Shown: positions 19,069 to 29,651 of the stretch, piece by piece
Numbering within the stretch: position 1 is the stretch's first letter
How the letters are laid out: the number at the start of each line of letters is the position of its first letter
Origin: Desulfobacterales bacterium
GTDB taxonomy: Bacteria > Desulfobacterota > Desulfobacteria > Desulfobacterales > UBA2174
Assembly: GCA_963668645.2 (NCBI GenBank)
Contig: CAXXWC010000010.1
Coordinates: 128,001-192,000, forward strand
DNA length: 64,000 nt
Direction: 5' to 3'
Notes under the pieces: model-generated
Database searches by the model: none
What the model saw: only the letters and a program-made list of their open reading frames with translations
Told to the model about the DNA's origin: nothing
Made by a program: the position numbers and the translations under genes

Positions 19069-19700
19069 AAACGGCATTGCTCCCCCTGCTGGCGGTGGTC
19101 GTTGCCGAGGCGGCGCTGGCATCGCTGCTGCCGGCGGCCCCCGGCAGGCGCATGGCGGCCTTCGGAATACTGCGGGCCCTGGAGGCTCTCGGCCTGCTCG
19201 CCTGGATCGGCGCTTCCGGATACGGCTTGCAGTCCGTCGGCCTTCGGCCCGGGTCTCTCGGCCCGGGCCTGCGGGCCGGCTCGCTCTGGTCCCTGGCCTT
19301 CGGCCTGGCGGCCGGATGCGGCGGGTGGATCGCCTGCGGCGTTTTCGACATCGACGGGATTGCCCTGATTCGCGTTCCTATCCCGCCGGTTCCCGCCGAG
19401 GCGGCGGTCTTTCTCCTGGTGGCGGGCATCGTCTCACCCATGGCGGAAGAAATCTTTTTTCGGGGGATTTTGTACAGTGCCCTGCGCCGTTGGGGCGCCG
19501 TCGCGGCCATCACCGCTTCCACGGTCCTTTTTGCAGCGGCCCACACAGGCCCCGGATTCCCGGTGGTCCAGGCCATCGGAGGGTTCGTGTTCGCCCTGGC
19601 CCGGGAAAAAAGCGGCAGCCTGGCAGCCCCCGTGACGATCCATGTCCTGGGCAACCTGGCGATTTTCGCGCTGTCGATGATGGGGCCTGGGGTGGCTTGA
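19041..19700 (+). CDS. CPBP-family (CAAX/Abi-type) intramembrane glutamic endopeptidase
   Basis: Motifs AEEIFFRG, LFAAAH and IHVLGN; highly hydrophobic. ATG 19041 overlaps the upstream gene's end. Confidence 0.88.
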   Translation: MDPARPLPLKTALLPLLAVVVAEAALASLLPAAPGRRMAAFGILRALEALGLLAWIGASGYGLQSVGLRPGSLGPGLRAGSLWSLAFGLAAGCGGWIACGVFDIDGIALIRVPIPPVPAEAAVFLLVAGIVSPMAEEIFFRGILYSALRRWGAVAAITASTVLFAAAHTGPGFPVVQAIGGFVFALAREKSGSLAAPVTIHVLGNLAIFALSMMGPGVA

Positions 19701-20106
19701 GCCGGAGACGCCCCACCGCGTTTTGAACGGTGGATACAGATAGCCGGAACGCCCGGAAAATAGTCTAAACCCCGCCAGAATAACGCGCTCGCAGGAGGCG
19801 ACCCGGGGGTGATCCTCGCGGAGGCCGCGTAAGCCGCGACACTGGATCCGGCCGTTTTGACACAAGGCCGTGGTTTATCGCGGTCATTCAACCCAAACGA
19901 AGAATCGAGCGAACTCGCCGTGTCGCGGCAACGCGCCCTATGGTCTTCAGACAGTGCGCGCCTGTCGCTGTGCCGGGACCGCCCGTGCGGCCGCCGGCTG
20001 GCTCGGAGCGTTGACCGATGGATAGAAAAAACAGGTTGACGGCGCCGGTGGGCTCTCTTCCAGTCGCCCCGCCTGGCAAAGGGTAAAAGGGAAAAAGAAA
20101 AGAGGG

Positions 20107-23100
20107 TCAGGTCCTGGCGCAACGAAAACCCACGACGCCGTTACGGGCCCCCGGGTCGCCCCTGCCGCGGGCCGCACAGCGGGCGACGTTAAGCGGGCCG
20201 TCCCACGAGCCGCCCCGCAGCGACGGCAGCTCCCGCTCCTTTTCATTCAAACGTTTTACAAACTCCTCTTTTGCCTCTTCATCGCCTCCGGAAACCGCAC
20301 GATCCCATAACACCTGCATCTCCGGATCGAAGCGAAAGTCTTCCCGGGACTTATCGTCGAAGTAATCCGAACACGTCCATTCCCACACGTTGCCGGCAAT
20401 GTCGCCCACTCCCTGTGGGGTATCCGAACCCCGGAAGATTCCCACGGCCGAGGTCCGGCCGATCTTGCTTTCTTCGGTGTTGCAGATGCCGTCCTGCCAC
20501 TTCCCACCCCAGGGGTATTCCCGGCCCTCCCTGCCGGCCGCCGCCGCCTCCCACTGGTCCTCGTCTGGCAGCCGATACACACCGTCGCCGCGGGTTTCCG
20601 TCAGCCAGCGGCAAAAAGCGTCCGCCTCGTACCAGCAGACCCCTACCACCGGCGCGTTGGGGCAGTTCCACTTGCGGTCGTGCCAATAGCGCGGATGCCG
20701 GGTACCGGTATGTTTGAGCCATTTGCGGCCTTCCACCGACCAGTACCGTTCCTCTTCATAACCGCCGGCCGCCATGAACTCGGCATACCAGGCGTTGGTC
20801 ACGGGATACCTGCCGATGGCAAAAGCCGCCACCTTGGTTTCGCCACGCTCCTTGAACTTGTATGTGCTGCCCTCGACAGGCACGAAGTCCCGCAGGTCCC
20901 GGCGCGGATCCCCGAGGCGGCCCAGGATCTCGCCGGCATCGGCCAGGACCGTTGGCTCGGCCCCGGCGGCAACGATCTCCAGCAGGCGCTGCCGCACCGC
21001 CTCCAGGCCCGGCTGGAGCCGGCGGTTGGCCGGGATGTCCACCAGGGCCTGGCCGGCCAGGCGCCAGCGGACAAAAGGCGGCGCGTCCCGGCCAAGCGCC
21101 CCGGCCAGGACCACGTCGTTGGCCACCTTTTTGTTCTGCAGGCTCAGGGATCCGATGTAGAGTTCCACCACTTCCCGGTACCACTCATCGCTCCAGTATG
21201 GTTCCACCGCTGCGACGAAATCCGAAGCGTTGTCCCGCAGATGGTCCGCGGCCAGGAACTCCTGGAAGGTCAGGTGCCAGAAGCCGAACTGCCCCTTGTC
21301 CGGGCGCAGCAGGCCGCAGCGCGGCTCCATCTCGTCGAAGATGGCTTCCAGGCGGCGATGGTAGGCATGCTTTTTTTCGTCTTCTTTGGGCGCATAGAAG
21401 GCCCGCATCACCTCCAGCACCACCACCCGGTCCACGGCCCGCACCCTTTCGGCGTGCATCCGGAAGGCCAGGGCCGCCAGAAAATCGCGCACCTGCTGGG
21501 GATCTTCGGCAAAGCGGCGGTAGAGCATATTGTCGACGAACTTCTGGTAGAGTTCGGCCCGCTGGTCAGGCAAGGCCTTGTCGTCGTGGTAGAGGATGCA
21601 CACCGCGGTGAGCATCAGCGGGTTGTCGGTCAGGGCATGGGTGGCCGGGTGGACGCGGATGTCGGCGATCATGGCCTCGGCGTTCTTTCGGCCGGGGCCG
21701 TACGGGCCTGGGTAGAGATAGGCGAACCACTTTTCGATAAAGAGCCGGATCTGGTGCGGATTCAGTGTGTTGATGCGCACCCGGCAGGACCCGTAGCGCC
21801 GCAGCACCACCCCTTCCAGGCCGTGGGGCCGGCCGGCCAGCACGATGCGGTTGCCCGGCCCGCGCAGCACCAGGTTGGCCAGGGTCTCGACCACGGTGTC
21901 GCGGCGGCCCGGGGCGATCTCGTCCAGGCCGTCCACCAGAAACAGCACCCGCCCCTGGGCCAGCCACGGCTCCAGGTCCGAAAAACTCAGCAGGTTGTCC
22001 AGCTTGCGCTCGAAATACCAGGCCAGGGCCTCCCGGCCCGAGGCCGGCCCGCCGGACGGGTCCCGGAAAAAGGTTTCGATGTCTTTTAGAAAGATCACCA
22101 CCGGCAGGTAGCCATCGAGCCCCTCGGGGACCGGACCCGCCTCGTCCAGTCCCGACAGGGCGCAGGCCACGTGCTTGAGCAGGGTGGTCTTGCCCGAGCC
22201 GGCCTGCCCCTCGATCAGCAGGGCCGGATATCTGGCGATGAAGGCCGCGATGTCCACCGGCCGCTGCTTTTCAACCAGCGCAGCGGGGTCCCCGCCCCGG
22301 CCCGGCCGGCTGTGAGCCAGCTCCGGATCGTCGGCATACAGGGGGATGAAAATCTCGGGCAGTTGCAGCGGGAAGGCTTTGCCCTTGCCGTGAAGTTTAT
22401 CGGCCTCCATGCTGCCGCAAGCGCCGGCGACCCAGTCGCAATATCTTTCGGGGACCACGGCTTGGGGCGCGGGGTCCGGGCTTTTGGCCGGGATCGGATC
22501 GGGCTGGCGCAACGAGAGAGTGAAACGCCCGTCTTCACCGCTGCCCGCATCCACGGTCCAGATGCGCCGCTCGGCATGGAAGGCCCGGAAATCGACGGCC
22601 AGGCGCCCGCCAGAAAGGTCGATGGAAAGATGCTGGTAGCGGCAGGGGATGTTCGAATCGGTCCCCAGGTAGGCGGCCCCGGCCTGGAGCACCCAGAAAC
22701 GGGCCGCGTGTTCCTGGTAGTAGCCGCCTTCGGCCTCGTGCAGGTGCCCGCAGAGGAGCACGGCCTCATCGATGCAGCCTTTGAGGATCTTGCGGTCCCC
22801 GGGCATGAGCCATTCGGGCGGATGGTGGCAGGCGTAGACCACCAGGTCGCACGCACCCTGCCCTCTTAATGCGTCCACCGCCTCCCGGAGCTGGAACTCG
22901 CCGACGGCGATGGTCTTTTCGTCCGTGGACCGGCGGCACATCCAGGCCGAGTTGAGGCCCACCAGCCCGACGGCCCGGCCGTCCTCCGCCACGATGCGCG
23001 CCGCAAACGGCACCAGCCGCCCGTTAAGCGGCGCCAGGTGGGGATAATGGGTTTCGATGAACTCGAAATAGGCCGAAAGGCCCCTGAAAAGGTCCGACCG

Positions 23101-23448
23101 GTAATCCGGGTTTTCCAGCTCGGCGTTGAGGGCCCGCATGGAAGGATAGGCGGGAACGTCCGACGGGCGATAGGCCGAGCGGTTGACGTCGTGGTTGCCC
23201 GGCACGATGAAAAGCCGTTGGGGCGCCACCCCGGCCGCCTCTGCCAGGTCGTCCAGAAAAGGCTTGGCGGCGGCATACTCCTCAGCGGCCCCGCTGAAGG
23301 CCAGATCCCCGGTGATTACGACGGCATCCGGCTTGAGGCCGCCCCGGCAATCCTTTTTCACCCGTACGAGCAGGGGGTCCAGGACCACCCGGCGGTCGAA
23401 ACCGTCCCGGGCGGAGACGTGCAAGTCCGACAGGTGCAGCAGCTGCAT
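20107..23448 (-). CDS. Calcineurin-like metallophosphoesterase - NACHT NTPase - FGE/sulfatase-modifying (CLec-fold) protein
   Basis: Phosphoesterase motifs HLSDLH, TGDLA, PGNHD, HHP and GHLH. NACHT motifs GQAGSGKTT, LFLVDGLDE, NPLML and HLTFQEFLAA. FGE motifs YPVTN, PVVGVCW, RLP...WE, GNVWEW and RGGSW...GFRC. Confidence 0.92.
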   Translation of the reverse strand: MQLLHLSDLHVSARDGFDRRVVLDPLLVRVKKDCRGGLKPDAVVITGDLAFSGAAEEYAAAKPFLDDLAEAAGVAPQRLFIVPGNHDVNRSAYRPSDVPAYPSMRALNAELENPDYRSDLFRGLSAYFEFIETHYPHLAPLNGRLVPFAARIVAEDGRAVGLVGLNSAWMCRRSTDEKTIAVGEFQLREAVDALRGQGACDLVVYACHHPPEWLMPGDRKILKGCIDEAVLLCGHLHEAEGGYYQEHAARFWVLQAGAAYLGTDSNIPCRYQHLSIDLSGGRLAVDFRAFHAERRIWTVDAGSGEDGRFTLSLRQPDPIPAKSPDPAPQAVVPERYCDWVAGACGSMEADKLHGKGKAFPLQLPEIFIPLYADDPELAHSRPGRGGDPAALVEKQRPVDIAAFIARYPALLIEGQAGSGKTTLLKHVACALSGLDEAGPVPEGLDGYLPVVIFLKDIETFFRDPSGGPASGREALAWYFERKLDNLLSFSDLEPWLAQGRVLFLVDGLDEIAPGRRDTVVETLANLVLRGPGNRIVLAGRPHGLEGVVLRRYGSCRVRINTLNPHQIRLFIEKWFAYLYPGPYGPGRKNAEAMIADIRVHPATHALTDNPLMLTAVCILYHDDKALPDQRAELYQKFVDNMLYRRFAEDPQQVRDFLAALAFRMHAERVRAVDRVVVLEVMRAFYAPKEDEKKHAYHRRLEAIFDEMEPRCGLLRPDKGQFGFWHLTFQEFLAADHLRDNASDFVAAVEPYWSDEWYREVVELYIGSLSLQNKKVANDVVLAGALGRDAPPFVRWRLAGQALVDIPANRRLQPGLEAVRQRLLEIVAAGAEPTVLADAGEILGRLGDPRRDLRDFVPVEGSTYKFKERGETKVAAFAIGRYPVTNAWYAEFMAAGGYEEERYWSVEGRKWLKHTGTRHPRYWHDRKWNCPNAPVVGVCWYEADAFCRWLTETRGDGVYRLPDEDQWEAAAAGREGREYPWGGKWQDGICNTEESKIGRTSAVGIFRGSDTPQGVGDIAGNVWEWTCSDYFDDKSREDFRFDPEMQVLWDRAVSGGDEEAKEEFVKRLNEKERELPSLRGGSWDGPLNVARCAARGRGDPGARNGVVGFRCART

Positions 23449-23540
23449 GGAATCGCTCCCGGTTCCCGGTTGCGCGCAGGGCCGCCAGACCAGGGTTTCA
23501 ACCCTGCGCTATGCGCCAGCCACGCCCCTGACCGCCGGAG

Positions 23541-24992
23541 CTAATCCACGATCTCCAGGCAGTCCTTGGCCAGGGTGTCGTCGAAGTCCACCGGGTAGCA
23601 GCCGTTGAAACAGGCCTTGCAAAAGACCTGCTCGGGATCGGCGACGCCGGTGGCCGCCATCATCCCCTCGATGCTCAGGTAGTGGAGGGAATCGAGGCCC
23701 AGAAAGTCCCTCAGTTCCTCCACCTTCTTGCTGGCGGCGATCAGCTCGCCGCGGGTGGAAAAATCGATGCCGTAGTGGCAGGGAAAACGGTGCGGCGGGC
23801 AGCTTACGCGCATGTGGACCCGCTTGACGCCCAGCTCGCGCAGGGCCTTGACCCGGGTGCGGGCCGTGGTGCCGCGGATGATGGAATCTTCGATGATGAT
23901 GATGTCCTTGCCCTTGAGCAGCTCCTTGACCGGATTGAGCTTGACCCGCACCCCGAAGTCGCGCATGGACTGGGTCGGCTGGATGAAGGTGCGCCCGATG
24001 TAGTGGTTGCGGATCATGCCCATCTCGAAGGGGATCCCGGAGGCCTCTGAATAGCCGATGGCCGCGTAGCTGCCCGAATCGGGAAAAGGCATGACCAGGT
24101 CGGCGTCCACATGGCTCTCTTCGGCCAGGCGGCGGCCGAAGGCCTTGCGCATCATGTAGACGTTGCGGCCGCGGATCGTGCTGTCGGGCCGGGCGAAGTA
24201 GATGTACTCGAAGATGCACAGGCTCTCGGAATCGGCGGCCGGGGTGTGGATGCTGCGCGGCCCGTTCTCGTCGATGATCAGGATCTCGCCCGGGTCGAGT
24301 TCGCGGATGTGCTCGGCCTGGATCAGGTCCAGGGCGCAGCTCTCGCTGGCCAGGACCCAGTGGCTGTTGAGCCGGCCCAGGCAAAGGGGCCGGAACCCGT
24401 TGGGATCCCGGATCCCCACCACCTCGCCGCGGCTGGTAAGCGCCACCATGCTGTAAGCCCCGCGCAGTTGGGAAACGATCTCCACCAGGGCCTGATCCAG
24501 GCCCTTCTTCAGGTTCTTGACCAGCAGGTGCAAAAAGATCTCGCTGTCCATGGTGGTCTGGAAGATCGAACCGCACTCTTCCAGCTCGGCCCGCAGGATA
24601 TGGGCGTTGACCAGATTCCCGTTGTGGGCCACGGCGTAGAACTTGCCCCGGTGCTGCACCACCAGGGGCTGGGCATTGGCCAGGATCGACCCGCCGGTGG
24701 TCGAGTAGCGCACGTGGCCGATGGCGCTGCCCCCGCCCAGCTCGGCCAGGTGGGTTTGGTCGAAGACTTCGGGCACCAGCCCCATCCCCTTGTGGGCGTG
24801 GATGCGCCGGTCGCGGTGGACCGCGATGCCGGTGCTCTCCTGGCCCCGGTGCTGCAAGGCGTAGAGGCCGAAATAGGTGATCTGGGCCGCCTCGGGATGT
24901 CCGTAAATCCCGAAAACCCCGCAGGCTTCGCGCGGGCGCGGGTCGAAAGTGGAAACCGGAAGCTCGGGTCGTGTTCCTTGGTCAGTGATCAT
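23541..24992 (-). CDS. purF: Amidophosphoribosyltransferase
   Basis: Propeptide then CGVFG, LQHRGQES, GHVRYST, PRPP-binding IIIEDSIIRGTT and Fe-S Cys motif FCKACF. AGGAG RBS; start at 24992 or 24995. Confidence 0.97.
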   Translation of the reverse strand: MITDQGTRPELPVSTFDPRPREACGVFGIYGHPEAAQITYFGLYALQHRGQESTGIAVHRDRRIHAHKGMGLVPEVFDQTHLAELGGGSAIGHVRYSTTGGSILANAQPLVVQHRGKFYAVAHNGNLVNAHILRAELEECGSIFQTTMDSEIFLHLLVKNLKKGLDQALVEIVSQLRGAYSMVALTSRGEVVGIRDPNGFRPLCLGRLNSHWVLASESCALDLIQAEHIRELDPGEILIIDENGPRSIHTPAADSESLCIFEYIYFARPDSTIRGRNVYMMRKAFGRRLAEESHVDADLVMPFPDSGSYAAIGYSEASGIPFEMGMIRNHYIGRTFIQPTQSMRDFGVRVKLNPVKELLKGKDIIIIEDSIIRGTTARTRVKALRELGVKRVHMRVSCPPHRFPCHYGIDFSTRGELIAASKKVEELRDFLGLDSLHYLSIEGMMAATGVADPEQVFCKACFNGCYPVDFDDTLAKDCLEIVD

Positions 24993-25053
24993 CACGTATG
25001 CTCCTGATAAAGGCATTCGGTGCGGGCCGATCCGTCATCTCATCCCGCCCCAT

Positions 25054-28000
25054 TTATTGACCGTCGTTTCCTGTCTGAAAAGCAGAAGAAGCCTCTTCCG
25101 GCTTCAGGTACGCCTGCAACGGCTGTACCCCCAGCTCCCGCTTTTGCATGGCGGCGATCCCTCTTGCCATGGCCCTGGCCCCGGCCATGGTGGTGGCGTA
25201 CGGGATGCGGTACTTGATGGCCGCCCGCCGGATCTCGAATCCGTCGCGCTGGGTCTCTTCGCGCCGGCCGCCGCCGGTGTTGATCACCAGGTGGATCTCC
25301 TGGTTCTTGATGGCGTCCACCACGTGGGGCCGGCCCAGCGACACCTTGTTGATCGGACGGTTGGCAATCCCCTCGGCCGCCAAAAAATCGCTGGTGCCCC
25401 GGGTGGCCACGATGGCAAAGCCGCATTCGGCAAACTGGCGCGCCACGGAAAGCAGGGCCGGCTTGTGGCGGTCTTCAACAGATAAAAATACCGTTCCGGC
25501 AAGGGGCAGCCGCTGGCCGGCCCCGAGCTGGGCCTTGGCATAGGCGCTGCCGAAGTAGGTGTCAATGCCCATCACCTCGCCGGTGGACTTCATTTCAGGA
25601 CCGAGCAGGGTATCGGCCCCCGGAAAACGGTCGAAGGGCAGCACGGCCTCCTTGACCGAGACATGGGCCGGGATCCGCTCGCTGGTCAGGCCCAGCTCGT
25701 CCAGGGTCTGGCCCAGCATCACCCGGGTGGCCAGCTTGGCCAGCGGCACCCCGGTGGCCTTGGAAACAAAGGGTACGGTGCGCGAGGCCCGCGGATTGAC
25801 CTCCAGCACGTAAAGCTGGTGGCCCTTGATGGCGTACTGCACGTTCATCAGCCCCACCACGCCCAGCTCCATGGCCATGGCCCGGGTGGCGGCGGCCACT
25901 TCCTCGATCAGTCCGGCGTCGATACTGTAGGGCGGAAGCACGCAGGCCGAGTCGCCCGAGTGGACCCCGGCCTCCTCGATGTGCTCCATGATCCCGCCGA
26001 TGATCGTCATCCGGCCGTCGCAGATCGCATCCACGTCCAGCTCCACCGCGTCTTCGAGAAACTTGTCGATCAGCACCGGATGTTCCGGAGAGGCCTGGAG
26101 GGCCAGGCGGGTGAAGTTTTCCAGATCGATCCGGTCGTAGACGATCTTCATGGCCCGCCCCCCGAGAACGTATGAGGGGCGCACGATCACCGGGTAGCCG
26201 ATCCGTTCGGCCACCGCAGCCGCATCGGCGATCCCCATGGCCGTCCCGTTGGGCGGCTGCTTGAGCCCGAGCTTGTTCAGCATGGCCTGGAACAGCTCCC
26301 GATCCTCGGCCCGGTCGATGCTCTCGGGCTGGGTGCCGAGGATCGGCACCCCGGCCCGGGCCAGGGGCACGGCCAGGTTGAGGGGGGTCTGGCCGCCGAA
26401 CTGCACGATGATGCCCATCGGCTTTTCGGTTTCCACGATGTGCAGCACATCCTCCTTGGTCAGCGGCTCGAAGTAGAGCTTGTCGCTGGTGTCGTAGTCC
26501 GTGCTGACCGTCTCGGGGTTGGAGTTGACCATGATGCTCTCGACGCCCATCTCGCGCAGAGCGAAGGAGGCGTGCACGCAGCAGTAGTCGAACTCGATCC
26601 CCTGGCCGATGCGGTTCGGCCCCCCGCCGAGGATCATCACCTTTTTCCGGTCCGTGACCCGCGCCTCGTCTTCTTCCTCGTAGGTGGAGTAGTAGTAAGG
26701 GGTCACGGCGCGAAATTCCGCCGCGCAGGTGTCCACCAGCTTGTAGACCGGCCGGATCCCCAGCTGCTTGCGCCGGGCTGCGACCGCATCTTCGCTGCTG
26801 CCGGTCAGGTGGGCGATCTGCACGTCGGAAAAGCCCATCCGCTTGGCCCGCCGCAGGGGTTGATAGGCCAGTTCGGCCTCAGCGCCGCGCAAGCGCTGCT
26901 CGCAGTCCACGATCTGCTGGATCTGGTACAGGAACCACGGATCGATGCCGGTCAGGCGGTGGATCGTCTCGATGGAAATCTGATGCAGCAGGGCCTGGCG
27001 CAGGTAGAAGATCCGCTGGCTGTTTGGTACGGCCAGCTTCTGCTCGATCTCGGCCCGGGTCAGTTCGGTATCGGCCCGGGCACCGCGTTCCATCCCGTCG
27101 CGGCCGTCGGCGCCCAGCCCGAAACGCCCGATCTCCAGCGAGCGCAGCCCCTTTTGCAGCGCCTCCTTGAAGGTGCGGCCGATGGCCATGGTCTCACCCA
27201 CCGAGCGCATCGCCGTGGTGAGCAGGTCCTCGGTTTCGGGAAACTTCTCGAAGGTCCAGCGCGGGATCTTGACCACGCAATAGTCCAGAGTCGGCTCGAA
27301 GGCCGCCATGGTCTCGCCGGTGATATCGTTCTTGATCTCGTCGAGGGTGTAGCCCACGGCCAGCTTGGCGGCGATCTTGGCGATGGGGTAGCCCGTGGCC
27401 TTGGAGGCCAGGGCCGAGGAGCGCGAGACGCGCGGGTTCATCTCCACCACCACCATCTCGCCGGTGCCCGGGTGGATGGCGAACTGGACGTTGGAGCCGC
27501 CGGTGTCCACCCCGATTTCGCGCATGATGGCGATGGAGGCGTCGCGCATGACCTGGTATTCGCGGTCGGTGAGGGTCTGGGCCGGGGCCACGGTGATCGA
27601 GTCGCCCGTGTGGACCCCCATGGGATCGAGGTTCTCGATGGAGCAGATGATGCACACGTTATCGTTGCGGTCGCGCATCACCTCCAGTTCGTATTCCTTC
27701 CACCCGAGCACCGACTCTTCCAGCATCACCTGGTGGATCATGCTGGCGTCGATCCCGGCCTTGGCCCACAGGTCCAGGTCCTCGGGGTTGTAAGCCACCC
27801 CGCCGCCGGTGCCACCCAGGGTGTAGCTGGGCCGCACGATGATCGGATAGCCGATTTCACCGGCGATCCGGTGGGCCTCGTCCATGTTTGTGGCGATGCC
27901 GCTGCGCGGGATCCGCAGCCCGATGCGGGCCATGGACTGGCGGAAGCGGTCGCGGTCCTCGGCCTTTTCGATGGCCTCGATGGAAGCCCCGATCAGCTCG

Positions 28001-28338
28001 ACCCCGAATTTTTCGAGGACCCCCATCCGGGCGACTTCCACCGCCGTGTTGAGTCCGGTCTGCCCGCCCAGGGTCGGCAGCAGGGCGTCGGGGCGCTCTT
28101 TTTCGATGATCAGGCTCACCGCCTGGGCCGTGACCGGCTCGATGTAGGTCCGGTCTGCCATTTCCGGGTCGGTCATGATGGTGGCCGGGTTGGAGTTGAC
28201 CAGCACCACCTCGTAGCCTTCCTCGCGCAGCGCCTTGCAGGCCTGGGTGCCGGAATAGTCGAACTCGCAGGCCTGGCTGATGATGATCGGTCCGGCCCCG
28301 ATGATCAGGATCTTGTGGATATCGGTTCGTTTGGGCAT
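25054..28338 (-). CDS. carB: Carbamoyl-phosphate synthase large subunit
   Basis: [22 protein letters not shown], duplicated ATP-grasp halves, C-terminal MGS domain. Confidence 0.98.
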   Translation of the reverse strand: MPKRTDIHKILIIGAGPIIISQACEFDYSGTQACKALREEGYEVVLVNSNPATIMTDPEMADRTYIEPVTAQAVSLIIEKERPDALLPTLGGQTGLNTAVEVARMGVLEKFGVELIGASIEAIEKAEDRDRFRQSMARIGLRIPRSGIATNMDEAHRIAGEIGYPIIVRPSYTLGGTGGGVAYNPEDLDLWAKAGIDASMIHQVMLEESVLGWKEYELEVMRDRNDNVCIICSIENLDPMGVHTGDSITVAPAQTLTDREYQVMRDASIAIMREIGVDTGGSNVQFAIHPGTGEMVVVEMNPRVSRSSALASKATGYPIAKIAAKLAVGYTLDEIKNDITGETMAAFEPTLDYCVVKIPRWTFEKFPETEDLLTTAMRSVGETMAIGRTFKEALQKGLRSLEIGRFGLGADGRDGMERGARADTELTRAEIEQKLAVPNSQRIFYLRQALLHQISIETIHRLTGIDPWFLYQIQQIVDCEQRLRGAEAELAYQPLRRAKRMGFSDVQIAHLTGSSEDAVAARRKQLGIRPVYKLVDTCAAEFRAVTPYYYSTYEEEDEARVTDRKKVMILGGGPNRIGQGIEFDYCCVHASFALREMGVESIMVNSNPETVSTDYDTSDKLYFEPLTKEDVLHIVETEKPMGIIVQFGGQTPLNLAVPLARAGVPILGTQPESIDRAEDRELFQAMLNKLGLKQPPNGTAMGIADAAAVAERIGYPVIVRPSYVLGGRAMKIVYDRIDLENFTRLALQASPEHPVLIDKFLEDAVELDVDAICDGRMTIIGGIMEHIEEAGVHSGDSACVLPPYSIDAGLIEEVAAATRAMAMELGVVGLMNVQYAIKGHQLYVLEVNPRASRTVPFVSKATGVPLAKLATRVMLGQTLDELGLTSERIPAHVSVKEAVLPFDRFPGADTLLGPEMKSTGEVMGIDTYFGSAYAKAQLGAGQRLPLAGTVFLSVEDRHKPALLSVARQFAECGFAIVATRGTSDFLAAEGIANRPINKVSLGRPHVVDAIKNQEIHLVINTGGGRREETQRDGFEIRRAAIKYRIPYATTMAGARAMARGIAAMQKRELGVQPLQAYLKPEEASSAFQTGNDGQ

Positions 28339-28434
28339 GATTTCATTATGTTCCGTCAGATGCGGTTTCGGCCGGACCCGATACGGGATTTGCAGAAGCG
28401 ATTAAAAATACGGGAACCCTCATTTGAATCGAAC

Positions 28435-29607
<1,173 letters not shown>

Positions 29608-29651
29608 TTTCCAGCTTTCATATTTCGAATTTCAAATCTCAGATTCTCTCT

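Noticed and set aside
19701..20106. DGR template repeat or ncRNA in the 400-nt gap downstream of the FGE gene
   Set aside because: No AAC-rich copy of the putative VR is visible here or in the other intergenic gaps. The short ORFs lack an RBS. The region has GC-rich stems and might be a REP-like element, but I found no second copy in the window.
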